A DNA stretch of 64,000 bases from Anaeromyxobacteraceae bacterium (GTDB lineage: Bacteria > Myxococcota > Myxococcia > Myxococcales > Anaeromyxobacteraceae), in assembly GCA_047602405.1 (NCBI GenBank), contig JASGHJ010000001.1, positions 928,001 through 992,000 of the forward strand, given 5' to 3'. The number at the start of each line of letters is the position of its first letter. The first letter of the stretch is position 1. Positions 52,301-60,709 of the stretch are shown here, piece after piece. Position numbers and translations under genes: made by a program. The notes below the pieces were generated by a model that did not search any database, was not told the DNA's origin, and saw only the letters and a list, made by a program, of their open reading frames with translations.

Positions 52301-52805
52301 CGGCGGCCGCCTTGATGATGAGCGGGTAGCCCGCATCCTTGGCGAAGAGGAGCGCCTCCTCGTCGGTCTCGATGGGCTCGGGCGTGCCGGGCACGACCGG
52401 CACGTTCACGGCGATCGCGGCCTTGCGGCCCGCGACCTTGTCGCCGAGGCGGCGCTGCTGCTCGGCGGTCGGGCCGACGAAGAGGATGCCGGCCCGGTCG
52501 CAGGCCTCGGCGAAGTCCGGGTTCTCGGAGAGGAAGCCGTAGCCCGGGTGGATCGCGTCGACGCCCTTCTCCTTCGCGAGCGCGATGATCTCGTCGATCG
52601 CGAGGTAGGCCTCGATCGGCCCCTTGCCCTTGCCGACCTGGTAGGCCTCGTCCGCCTTGTACCGGTGCAGCGAGAAGCGATCCTCGTGCGAGTAGAGGGC
52701 GACCGTGCGGATGTCGAGCTCGGTCGCGGCGCGGAAGATGCGGATGGCGATCTCGCCGCGGTTCGCGGCCAGGATCTTCTGGATCTTGCGGGGAGGCGTC
52801 GGCAC
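49359..52805 (-). CDS. pyc: Pyruvate carboxylase
   Basis: ANRGEIAIR, HPGYGFLSEN, ERDCSIQRRHQK, RDAHQS, HLHTHDT, EAMKM biotin site; SD AAGGAG. Confidence 0.97.
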   Translation of the reverse strand: MPTPPRKIQKILAANRGEIAIRIFRAATELDIRTVALYSHEDRFSLHRYKADEAYQVGKGKGPIEAYLAIDEIIALAKEKGVDAIHPGYGFLSENPDFAEACDRAGILFVGPTAEQQRRLGDKVAGRKAAIAVNVPVVPGTPEPIETDEEALLFAKDAGYPLIIKAAAGGGGRGMRVARTREELVTGLAAARREAQASFGNPTVFLERYLEGPKHIEVQVLGDGHGNLVHLFERDCSIQRRHQKVVEFAPALALDPAKREAICAAALKIAGSVQYRSAGTCEFLLDRDGRFYFIEMNPRIQVEHTVTEMITGRNLVQAQLRIAEGATLAELGMGSQADIQMRGHAIQCRVTTEDPQNGFAPDIGVVKAYRSPGGAGVRLDAGSAFGGAVITPHYDSLLVKVSTWGLDFAQAARVMDRCLQEFRIRGVKTNIGFLENVIEHPLFTSGQCDTTFIDAHPELLRMPVKQDRGTKLLAYLGEVIVNGSPGVANPLKATACREPRMPVYDHLEAPPKGTKQLLDAEGPEALARWVLAQKRLLLTDTTWRDAHQSVLATRVRSYDLLRVAPATARLASGLFSLEAWGGATFDVCQRFLKEDPWRRLTDLRAAVPNLLLQMLLRGSNAVGYTNYPDNVVERFVEEAAARGVDVFRVFDALNWTKGMAVAMEAVRKSGKVCEAAVCYTGDITDPKRDKYPLDYYVSLAKELERMGAHFLGVKDMAGLLKPFAARKLVKALKEAVGIPVHLHTHDTSGFAGATLLEAAQAGVDVVDAAIAPLSGLTSQANLNTLVACLAGHERDTGLDQDGLQQLAAYWETVREWYAPFESGLRSGTAEVYAHEIPGGQYSNFKPQVAGLGLLDRWEECKDMYRKVNLLFGDVVKVTPSSKVVGDMAMFLVKNDLEPEDVVKRAKDLVFPESVVGMMKGMLGQPHGGWPKDVQEAILKGEKPITHRPGELLDPVDFEKLRAQAAERAGQPISDTALTSWVLYPSVTADLLRHQQEFSDTSVIPTPQFFYGLELGQEVLIEISPGKTLIVRLANVGPLQKDGTREVYFELNGESRAVTVKDASAAKDGTARPKADKGNGKHVGAPMPGKLVKLAVKVGNPVTVGQVLFVSEAMKMETSVKSKAEGTVAEVRFKEGDKVEKDDLVLVLS

Positions 52806-53103
52806 GGCGGCGCTCCTTGGTCGGGCTCGGGTGGGCCGACGAGGAGAGCACGCGCGATCTGGGCTGTCCACGCCCGCGAGGTCGCGAGCGAGGAGCAGGG
52901 CGGCGGACCCCGGCGCCCCTGGTCATGGCCGGGGCCCGCCGCGCCGGATCACCGGCCGATCCGATGAACGCCCCATGGATGCCTCGAAGGCCGGAGGGCG
53001 GACAGGTGCAGTCGGCGAAAGTCGCCTGGGCCACCCGGACGGTCCCCGTCGCGGCCCGCGTGGGCTCGCTAGGCTTCGGTTCCCCCTGGGGAAAGCGTTC
53101 CCC

Positions 53104-54639
53104 GTGTCGCGTCTCGGCCCCCTCGCAGCGCTCCTCCCGCTCGCCCTCGCGGCCTGCGTCTCCAACCCCTACTCCGGCACCGCCGTCGCGCCGGGCTCCA
53201 CCGCCGCCTCGTTCGCCGGCTTCCAGCTCCGGTCGTTTGCCGGCGAGACCATCCGCGTCGAGGTCGAGCGGCCCTCCGGCGCCTGGACCCTGCTCGGCGA
53301 GGCCCCGGTGGATCGGTTCAATGGCTGGTTCGCGACCGTCGCGGTGCCGGACGACGCCTGGCGGCTCCCGCCCTGCGGCGCCGCACGGTTCCGGTTCACC
53401 GACGCGCCCTCCGGCTACGCCCTCGCCGGCCTGTCCGCCGCCTGCATGGATCCGCTGGGCCCGAGCCCGAGCCTCGGCCAGGCCGCGGCCTGCCTCGTGC
53501 CGACGGTCGAGCTCTTCCGCGGCCAGGTCCACGCCGGCAACCTCGTCGTGGACGGCCAGGCGGACGCCGACGCCCACGCCTGCGTCACGGTCGTGCAGGG
53601 CGACCTCACGGTCGTGGGCGACCGCCAGCCCGGGCCGCAGGGGACCTACGCGCCCGGCGTCACCTTCACGATGACGAACCTCGCCGAGGTCACCGGCAGC
53701 CTCACCGTGGACGGCGGGCGCACCACCGCGTTCCGGCTCCCGCGCCTCGCGCGCGTGGGCGGCGACCTCACGATGCTCTCCACCCAGTTCATCACGCTGA
53801 CGACGCCCTCCACCGGGCAGACGCAGGCGGACACCACGGCGACCCGGTTCGACCTCCAGCGCCTCGCGGCGGTGGGCGGGAGCGTGTCGCTCCGGGACGC
53901 GAAGGACGGCTCCCTCGCTGGCAGCGCGCCCGACCACGACTTCGGTCTCGACGGCCTGTGGCAGCTCGGCGGCGACCTCCGGATCGAGGTGCCGGTCTTC
54001 CCCTCGCGCGTCGTGGGCCTGCGCGGCCTCGCGGAGGCGCCGCGCGACGTCGTCCTCGATCTCGGCGCGACGGACGTGAACGCCCCGACGCTCCTGCCCG
54101 ACCTCGCCCGGGTGAAGGGCGCCCTCTCGCTCACGGTGAACCCGCGCGCGCAGGCCATCCTCCCGGCGCTCGGGCGGGTCGACGGCAGCGTCACCATCAC
54201 CCCGCAGTCGAGCGCGATGACGATCTTTCCGGGGTTCCTGCCCTTGCTCGCGGAGGTGGGCGGGGAGGTGCGCATCACCGGGACCACGCAACCCTGCGGG
54301 CAAGCCTGGCTCCCCGCGCTCCGTGCGGTGGGCGGCATGCTCCGGCTCACCGGTGGCTCGCCCGAGGGCGCGGTCGGCGCGACCGGGGCCACGCCGCTCG
54401 TGCTCGGGGGGCTCCTCGTGTCCGGCACCGACGCCGCCGTCGTGCCCGTGCACCCGGACGTGCAGGTGACCGGGAAGGGGCCGGTGATCTTCACGACGAA
54501 CCCGCGGCTCTGCCCGTGCCTGTCCCTGACCCTCGGCGCGAGCCTCGCCTCGCGCGGGTGGACGGGCGTCGTGCAGGAGGGCGGAAACGGCGCCGCCGCC
54601 TCCTGCGCCGGGCTGTGTCCGGCGCTGACCTGCCCCTAG
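53104..54639 (+). CDS. Lipoprotein with receptor-L-domain / LRR-like repeats
   Basis: Lipobox LALAAC; ~9 LxxVxGxLx[IL] repeats; Cys-rich caps. Confidence 0.72.
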   Translation: MSRLGPLAALLPLALAACVSNPYSGTAVAPGSTAASFAGFQLRSFAGETIRVEVERPSGAWTLLGEAPVDRFNGWFATVAVPDDAWRLPPCGAARFRFTDAPSGYALAGLSAACMDPLGPSPSLGQAAACLVPTVELFRGQVHAGNLVVDGQADADAHACVTVVQGDLTVVGDRQPGPQGTYAPGVTFTMTNLAEVTGSLTVDGGRTTAFRLPRLARVGGDLTMLSTQFITLTTPSTGQTQADTTATRFDLQRLAAVGGSVSLRDAKDGSLAGSAPDHDFGLDGLWQLGGDLRIEVPVFPSRVVGLRGLAEAPRDVVLDLGATDVNAPTLLPDLARVKGALSLTVNPRAQAILPALGRVDGSVTITPQSSAMTIFPGFLPLLAEVGGEVRITGTTQPCGQAWLPALRAVGGMLRLTGGSPEGAVGATGATPLVLGGLLVSGTDAAVVPVHPDVQVTGKGPVIFTTNPRLCPCLSLTLGASLASRGWTGVVQEGGNGAAASCAGLCPALTCP

Positions 54640-55487
54640 GGACGGAGCGCCGCGAGCACGGCCTCCGCGAGCCGGTCCGCCTCCTCCTCGCCGAGGAACA
54701 GCTCTGGCTCGAGCACCTCGAGCTCCATCAGCACGGGCCCGCGCGCGGTCTCGACGAGGTCCACCCGCGCGAACGCCGGGGCCACCGGCGCGAGCGCGAG
54801 CACGCGCGTTGCGAAGGAGACGGTCTCCGCGGGCGGCACCTGCCGGGCCCAGGTGCCGCCGAGCTCCTTCTGGACGCGGAAGTCGCCGGCGGCGGGGCGC
54901 TTCACGACGGCGTGGCTGAACGCGCCGCCGAGGAACACGAGCGAGCGCTCGCCGGCGCTCCGGATCTCCGGCACGAGCGCCTGCAGCATCGCGGGGCCCT
55001 CGACCTCACCGGAGGTCACGAGCTCGGTCCGGTGCGCGCTCGCCGAGACGAGCGGCTTCGCCACGGCCGCGGCCCAGCCGCGGACGCGCAGGACCTCCGC
55101 CACGCCGGCGCGCTCGCCCGGCCCGAGCCAGACCGTGTCCGGCACCGCCACCCCGGCCTCGGCGAGCCCGCGGAGGTAGCGCTTGTCGAGGTTCCAGCGC
55201 AGGAGCGCCGAGGGGTTCACGCACGGCACTCCGGCGACGTCGAGCCGGTCGAGCCAGGCGAGGAACTCGGCGCCGCGCAGGTGGTAGTCCCAGGTCGAGC
55301 GCACGACGACGCCGTCGAGCCCCGGCCAGGCGGCCGAGGCGTCGCTCCACGCGACCTGCTCGACCGCGCAGCCCCGCGCCTCGAGCGCACGCCGGAGCAG
55401 CACGTCGCCCTCGGGCGCGCCGGCGCCGGTGCCGGGCGCGTGGGTGGCGATCGCGAGCCGCACGGGCCTGCCGGGCACGGGGAGCAC
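54636..55487 (-). CDS. ATP-grasp protein (RimK-like)
   Basis: VVRSTWDY, WNLDKRYL, KPLVSASA, HAVVK, DFRVQ, ARVDL, MELEVLEP. Confidence 0.85.
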   Translation of the reverse strand: MLPVPGRPVRLAIATHAPGTGAGAPEGDVLLRRALEARGCAVEQVAWSDASAAWPGLDGVVVRSTWDYHLRGAEFLAWLDRLDVAGVPCVNPSALLRWNLDKRYLRGLAEAGVAVPDTVWLGPGERAGVAEVLRVRGWAAAVAKPLVSASAHRTELVTSGEVEGPAMLQALVPEIRSAGERSLVFLGGAFSHAVVKRPAAGDFRVQKELGGTWARQVPPAETVSFATRVLALAPVAPAFARVDLVETARGPVLMELEVLEPELFLGEEEADRLAEAVLAALRP

Positions 55488-55493
55488 CGGGGC

Positions 55494-57596
55494 TCAGGCG
55501 GCGGCGGGGGCCGGGGAGGCCGGCTCGGCCGCCGGCCCGACCTCGACGAACGCGTCGTAGAAGCCGCTCCCCTCGCCCCAGTCGGTCGGCTCCTCCGGCG
55601 TGAGCGCGTTCGCGCTGCGGCGGACGCCGTCCGCGTCGTGGGCGCCGCCGTAGGGCAGGAACGCCACCCCCGGGCGCACCCGGTCGGAGACGCGGCAGAT
55701 CGCGACGAGCTCGCCGAGCCCGTTCCACACGCGCACGCGCTGGCCGTCGGCGAGCCCGAGGCGGCGGGCGTCCGCCGGGGCGAGCTCGACCTCGAGCGGC
55801 CCCTCGCGCCGGCGGTGGTGATCGAGGTCGGCGTAGGTGGCGTTCAGGAAGTGGAGCGTCTTCGCCGTGAGGAGCTGCAGCGTGCCCTCCGGGGCCGCCC
55901 TCGGCGCGCCGTGGTGCGGGACGGGATCGATGCCGAGCACGGCGAGCGAGGGCGCGACGAGCTCGGCCTTCCCGGACGGCGTCGCGAAGCCGCCCTCGGC
56001 GTACGGCCGGTAGTCGTCCGGCACCGCGAGGGGCGCGAAGCCCTCGTCGAGGAGCCGGTCGAGGGTGACGCCGCGGAGCCACGGGTGGTCGCTCGTGAGC
56101 GCGGTCTGCACGAGCGCCTCGTCGGACTCGAAGAGGAAGGGCTCGGTGCGGCCGAGGGCTGCGGCGAGGCGGCGGAAGAGCTCGGTGTTCGAGACCGCCT
56201 CCCCGCGCGGCGCGATGGCGGGGCGGTTGAGGCCGAGGACCATGTGGCCCCACGCCGGGACCACGTCGAGGTGCTCGATCTGGCTCGTCGCCGGGAGCAG
56301 GTAGTCGGCGTAGCGGGCCGTGTCGGTGGGCATCAGGTCGTGCACGACCGTGAAGAGGTCCTCGCGGGCGAGCCCGCGGCGGATCGCGTTCTGGTTGGGC
56401 ACCGACGCGGCGGGGTTCGCGTTCCAGACGAAGAGCGCGCGGATGGGCGGCGCGAGCGTCGTGGAGCAGAGGTCACGGCCGAGGTCGCGCATGTTGAGCG
56501 ACCTCACCCCCGGCTTCCAGACCTCCTCCATCGCGAGCCGCGCGCCGCCGAGGGCCTGGCCCTGCATCGAGCCGGTCGAGCGGAAGATGCCGCCGCCGAG
56601 GTCCCTCCAGGCGCCGGTGAGCACCGGGAGGCACGCGAGCGTCCGGTAGGTCATCGCACCGTTCACGTGGTGCTCGAGGCCGATGAGCGGGCGCAGCGTC
56701 GCGGGCCGCGTGGTCGCGTACTCGCGCGCGAGCCGCTCGACGTCGGCGGCGGCGAGCCCGGTGAGCGCCGCGACGCGCTCCGGCGGGTACTCCGAGAGGC
56801 GCTCCACGAGCGCCTCGTACCCGGTCGCGTACCGGGCCACGTAGTCGTGGTCGACGAGCCCGTCGCGCACGATGACGTGCATCATCCCGAGCGCGAGCGC
56901 GGCGTCGGTGCCCGGGCGCGGCGCGAGGTGCCAGTCGGCCTGGGCCGCCGTGCGGGTCCGCACCGGATCGATGCACACGAGCTTCGCGCCGCGCCGCCGC
57001 GCCTCATCGAGCGTGGCCCACAGGTGCATGTTCGTGACGAGGGTGTTCGTGCCCCAGAGCACGATGTACCGGCTGTGCACGAGCGTGGCGGGGTCGAGGC
57101 CGCGACCCGTGCCGTTCGTCGCCGACATGCCGATGCCCGGCACCTCGCCGCAGATGTTCCGGACGAGCCGGCTCGCGCCGAGCACGCCGAACAGGCGCCG
57201 ATCGAGCGACGCCATCTGGATCATCCCCTGGGTGCCCGCGCTCGAGTACGGGAGGATCGCCTCCGCGCCGGACTCCGCCACGATCGCCTGGAGGCGCCGC
57301 GCGATGTCGGCGAGGGCCTCGTCCCAGGACACGCGCTCGAAGCGCGCCTCGCCCTTCGGCCCCACCCGGCGCAGCGGGTGGAGCACGCGGCGGGGGTGGT
57401 GGACGAGGTCGAGGTAGCGGTTCACCTTCGCGCAGAGCGCGCCCTTCGTGTACGGGTGCTCCTTCGCCCCGCGCATCGCCACCGCGCGGCCGCCCTCGAC
57501 GGTCACCTCCCACGCGCACGAGTCCGGGCAGTCGTGCCCGCAGGTCCCGCGCACCACGCCGTCGCTCGCCAGCACCGGAAGGTTCGCCATGGTCAC
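55494..57596 (-). CDS. Molybdopterin-dependent oxidoreductase (DMSO reductase family, cytoplasmic)
   Basis: CGHDCPDSC...LCAK Fe-S motif, RVSWDEAL, RPGTDAALAL, TDTARYADYLLPAT, TPSGKAE; no Tat signal. Confidence 0.92.
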   Translation of the reverse strand: MTMANLPVLASDGVVRGTCGHDCPDSCAWEVTVEGGRAVAMRGAKEHPYTKGALCAKVNRYLDLVHHPRRVLHPLRRVGPKGEARFERVSWDEALADIARRLQAIVAESGAEAILPYSSAGTQGMIQMASLDRRLFGVLGASRLVRNICGEVPGIGMSATNGTGRGLDPATLVHSRYIVLWGTNTLVTNMHLWATLDEARRRGAKLVCIDPVRTRTAAQADWHLAPRPGTDAALALGMMHVIVRDGLVDHDYVARYATGYEALVERLSEYPPERVAALTGLAAADVERLAREYATTRPATLRPLIGLEHHVNGAMTYRTLACLPVLTGAWRDLGGGIFRSTGSMQGQALGGARLAMEEVWKPGVRSLNMRDLGRDLCSTTLAPPIRALFVWNANPAASVPNQNAIRRGLAREDLFTVVHDLMPTDTARYADYLLPATSQIEHLDVVPAWGHMVLGLNRPAIAPRGEAVSNTELFRRLAAALGRTEPFLFESDEALVQTALTSDHPWLRGVTLDRLLDEGFAPLAVPDDYRPYAEGGFATPSGKAELVAPSLAVLGIDPVPHHGAPRAAPEGTLQLLTAKTLHFLNATYADLDHHRRREGPLEVELAPADARRLGLADGQRVRVWNGLGELVAICRVSDRVRPGVAFLPYGGAHDADGVRRSANALTPEEPTDWGEGSGFYDAFVEVGPAAEPASPAPAAA

Positions 57597-57611
57597 CTTC
57601 TAGCGGGGCCG

Positions 57612-57656
57612 CTGGCACCCTTGAAGCGCCAGTTCCCACGAGTACGATGGTGCCAG
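57612..57656. promoter_or_regulatory. Candidate MocR-type operator (two direct plus one inverted repeat)
   Basis: CTGGCACC 57612-19, GCGCCAG 57626-32, GGTGCCAG 57649-56 in the divergent spacer. Confidence 0.65.
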
Positions 57657-57672
57657 AGGAGACGCCCCTTCC

Positions 57673-59106
57673 GTGGCCCGCCATCCGCTCGCCGCCCTCG
57701 CGCTCTCGCGCGGCAAGGGCGCCCCGCTGCAGCGCCAGCTCGTCGCGGGCGTGAAGGCGCTCGTGCAGCGCGGCGCCATCCGCCCCGGCGACGCCCTGCC
57801 CTCGACGCGTGACCTCGCCGCCGAGCTCCGCGTCTCGCGCAACACCACCTCCGCCGCCTACGACCAGCTCGTCTCGGAGGGCTACCTCGAGGCGCGCCCG
57901 CGCTCCGGCGTGTTCGTCTCCGGCGCACTCGCCGGCCGGCTGCGCGGCTCCGGCGCCACGGGGCCGGCCCGGAGCCACCTCCCGGAGGCGCCTCCCCTGC
58001 CGCCCCTCGCCTCGCCGGTGGCGTTCCGGCCCTGCTACCCCGACGTGCGGCTCTTCCCGCTGGCGCTCTGGAACCGCTGCCGCGCGCGGGCGCTGCGCGA
58101 GCACGGCCCGGCGCTGCTCCACTACCAGCCGCACCCGCTGGGGCTCCCCGCGCTGCGTCGCTCGCTCGCCGAGTACCTCGGCGCCAGCCGCGGCGTGCGG
58201 TGCAGCTGGGAGCAGATCGCGATCACCACGGGCTCGCAGCAGGCGCTCTACCTCCTCGCGCGGGTGCTCCTCGGACCCGGGAGGCCCGCGCTCATCGAGG
58301 ATCCCGGCTACCCGGGCGCGCGCGAGGCCTTCCGCTCGACCGGCGCCGACCTCCGGCCCATCCCGGTGGACGGCGACGGCCTCGTGCCGCCCGCGCGCCT
58401 CCCGCGCGGCGCGGTCGTCTACACGACGCCCTCGCGCCAGTTCCCGACCGGCGCGCCGCTCCCGGTCGCCCGCCGCCTCGCGCTCCTCGCCGCCGCCGAG
58501 GCCGCCGGCGCCTGGATCGTCGAGGACGACTACGACTCCGAGTTCCGCTACGCGCGTGCGCCGCTGCCGAGCCTCCACGGCCTCGACGAGGCCGGGCGCG
58601 TCGTCTACGTCGGCACGACCTCCAAGGTCCTCGCCCCGGCGCTCCGCATCGGCTACGTCGTGCTCCCGCCGGCGCTCGTGGAGCGCTTCTCCGCGGTGCG
58701 CACGGTCGTGGACGAGCACGGCCCGCTCCTCGACCAGGCGACGCTCGCCGCGTTCCTCGACGCGGGCGCGTTCTACGGTCACCTCCGCCGCTGCCGGCGC
58801 GAGTACGCCGGGCGCCTCGACGCCTTCCTCTCGGTCGCGCGCGAGGTCGGCGCGCCCCTCGAGTTCCGCCACGCCGACAGCGGCATGAACCTCCTCGGCC
58901 GCTTCACCGCGCCGCCCCGCGATCCGGCCGCGCAGCGCCGCCGGCTCGCGGAGGCCGGCTTCGCCGTGCCCGGCCTCGAGCCGTACCTGCTGGAGCCGGG
59001 CGGCCGGCCCGCTCACCACGCCGCGCTCTTCTTCGGCTTCAGCGCTTTTACCGCGGGTGCGCTCCGTCAGGCCTGGCGGCGGCTCGGGCCGCTCCTCGCG
59101 AGGTGA
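57673..59106 (+). CDS. MocR/GabR-family regulator (GntR wHTH + PLP aminotransferase-like domain)
   Basis: LPSTRDLAAELRVSRNT, TTGSQQAL, EDPGY, QFPTG, EDDYDSEF, GTTSKVLAPALRIG. Confidence 0.93.
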   Translation: MARHPLAALALSRGKGAPLQRQLVAGVKALVQRGAIRPGDALPSTRDLAAELRVSRNTTSAAYDQLVSEGYLEARPRSGVFVSGALAGRLRGSGATGPARSHLPEAPPLPPLASPVAFRPCYPDVRLFPLALWNRCRARALREHGPALLHYQPHPLGLPALRRSLAEYLGASRGVRCSWEQIAITTGSQQALYLLARVLLGPGRPALIEDPGYPGAREAFRSTGADLRPIPVDGDGLVPPARLPRGAVVYTTPSRQFPTGAPLPVARRLALLAAAEAAGAWIVEDDYDSEFRYARAPLPSLHGLDEAGRVVYVGTTSKVLAPALRIGYVVLPPALVERFSAVRTVVDEHGPLLDQATLAAFLDAGAFYGHLRRCRREYAGRLDAFLSVAREVGAPLEFRHADSGMNLLGRFTAPPRDPAAQRRRLAEAGFAVPGLEPYLLEPGGRPAHHAALFFGFSAFTAGALRQAWRRLGPLLAR

Positions 59107-59339
59107 CGCGGAGTGACGCGGCGCGACGCGCCCGCCGGTGGCGACCCGTTCCGTACATCCGCGCACGTACCCGGCGCACGTGCTCGCCCTCCGGCGGATC
59201 GGTGACGTCCACGCGCCCGCGCCGGTCACCGCTCCTGTCGATCGTGCCGCCGGTACGGGTCGCCGGGGCCACGGGTTCGGCGTTCCTCGCGACCACGTGC
59301 CGCATCGGAGGATCGCGCCGGTTGGGCGAGTTTCGTCAG

Positions 59340-60680
59340 GTGAAGGACGCCCTCTCCCTCCCGTCGCTCGCCGTGCCCCTGCGCCGGGCGTTCCTCCGGG
59401 CCGCGCTCTGGCTCGTGCCCGGGGTCGCGCTGCAGGTGGCCGTCGCGCTCGTCACCGACCTCGCGAACGGCCCCTGGTCCCCGGTCCTCCTCGTCGGGCT
59501 CGCGCTCGTCGCCCTGCTCGGCGGCGCCGCGTGGAGGTACCGCGAGCGCGCCGAGCTGGCGGCCCCGTTCCTGATCGTGCTCGTCGCGTCGATCACGCTC
59601 GTCGGCACGGCCCGCTACGGGCCGCTCGCGGCGAGCGGTGCCTACCTCGTCGTCGCGAGCGTGCTCGCGCCCGCCCTGCTCCCGCGCCGGCTCGGGCTCG
59701 CGCTCGCCGCCGCGGCGGTGCTCGCCTTCGTCGCGCTCGGCGCGGCGATGACCGCCGGCCTCGTGCCCGTCCCGTCCCCTGCGCTCTCCGACCTGCGCAG
59801 CGGGCTCGTCTGGACCCGCGTGGTCGTGGCGCTGACCATCGCGGTCGTCTTCGTCGGGTTCGTGTTCCAGGTGGCCGAGCGCCACCTCCTCGAGGCGCTC
59901 GCCGGCGCCGCCGAGGACCGCGCCCGGGCCCTCGCCGCGGAGCGGGAGCGGGCGCAGTCGGAGGCCGCGCTCGCGATGGCGCAGCGGGTGGCGTCGATCG
60001 GCTTCCTCGCGGGAGGCTTCGCCCACGACGTGAAGAACGCGCTCGCGGTCGTGCAGGCCGGCGCGCAGGCGCTCCGCACGCACCCCGCGGAGGCGCAGGA
60101 GGTCGTCGGCGAGCTCGAGCTCGCGGCCTCGAGCTGCGCCGAGGCCGCGCAGCACCTGCTCGCGCTCGCCCGGGACCCCGAGGAGTCGGGCCGCTGCCGC
60201 CCGCGCGACGTGCTCGCCGGGCTCGCCCGCATGCTGAAGCCGGTGCTGCCCCAGGGCGTGGCGCTCGAGGTCGACGCGCCGGTGGACGCCGAGGTCCCGG
60301 TCGCCGAGGGCACCCTCACCCAGGCGCTCCTCAACGTCGTCCTGAACGCCCGCGACGCCATGCCGGACGGCGGCCGCCTGGCCCTGCGCGCGCGGCTCGA
60401 TCCCCGCGACGGCGTGGTGATCGAGGTGGAGGACTCCGGTCTCGGCATGGACCCCGACACGCTCGCGCGGGTCTTCGACCCGTTCTTCACGACCAAGCCC
60501 GCCGGCGCCGGCACCGGGCTCGGGCTCCCCATGGTGAAGCGCACCATCGAGCGCGCCGGTGGCACCGTGCGGCTCGCCTCGGTGCGCGCGAGGGGCACCA
60601 CCGTGCGGATCGCGCTGCCCGTCGCGGCCTCCCGCGGGAAGCACGCGCGGCGCAAGGAGCGGGGCCTGCCCCTCGCCTGA
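59340..60680 (+). CDS. Orphan multi-TM histidine kinase
   Basis: Hydrophobic N-terminal half, FAHDVKNAL, NVVLNARDAM, DSGLGM, FDPFFTTK, GTGLGL. Confidence 0.88.
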   Translation: MKDALSLPSLAVPLRRAFLRAALWLVPGVALQVAVALVTDLANGPWSPVLLVGLALVALLGGAAWRYRERAELAAPFLIVLVASITLVGTARYGPLAASGAYLVVASVLAPALLPRRLGLALAAAAVLAFVALGAAMTAGLVPVPSPALSDLRSGLVWTRVVVALTIAVVFVGFVFQVAERHLLEALAGAAEDRARALAAERERAQSEAALAMAQRVASIGFLAGGFAHDVKNALAVVQAGAQALRTHPAEAQEVVGELELAASSCAEAAQHLLALARDPEESGRCRPRDVLAGLARMLKPVLPQGVALEVDAPVDAEVPVAEGTLTQALLNVVLNARDAMPDGGRLALRARLDPRDGVVIEVEDSGLGMDPDTLARVFDPFFTTKPAGAGTGLGLPMVKRTIERAGGTVRLASVRARGTTVRIALPVAASRGKHARRKERGLPLA

Positions 60681-60709
60681 GGCGGCGGACCGCCGGGCCG
60701 GAGCCCGCG

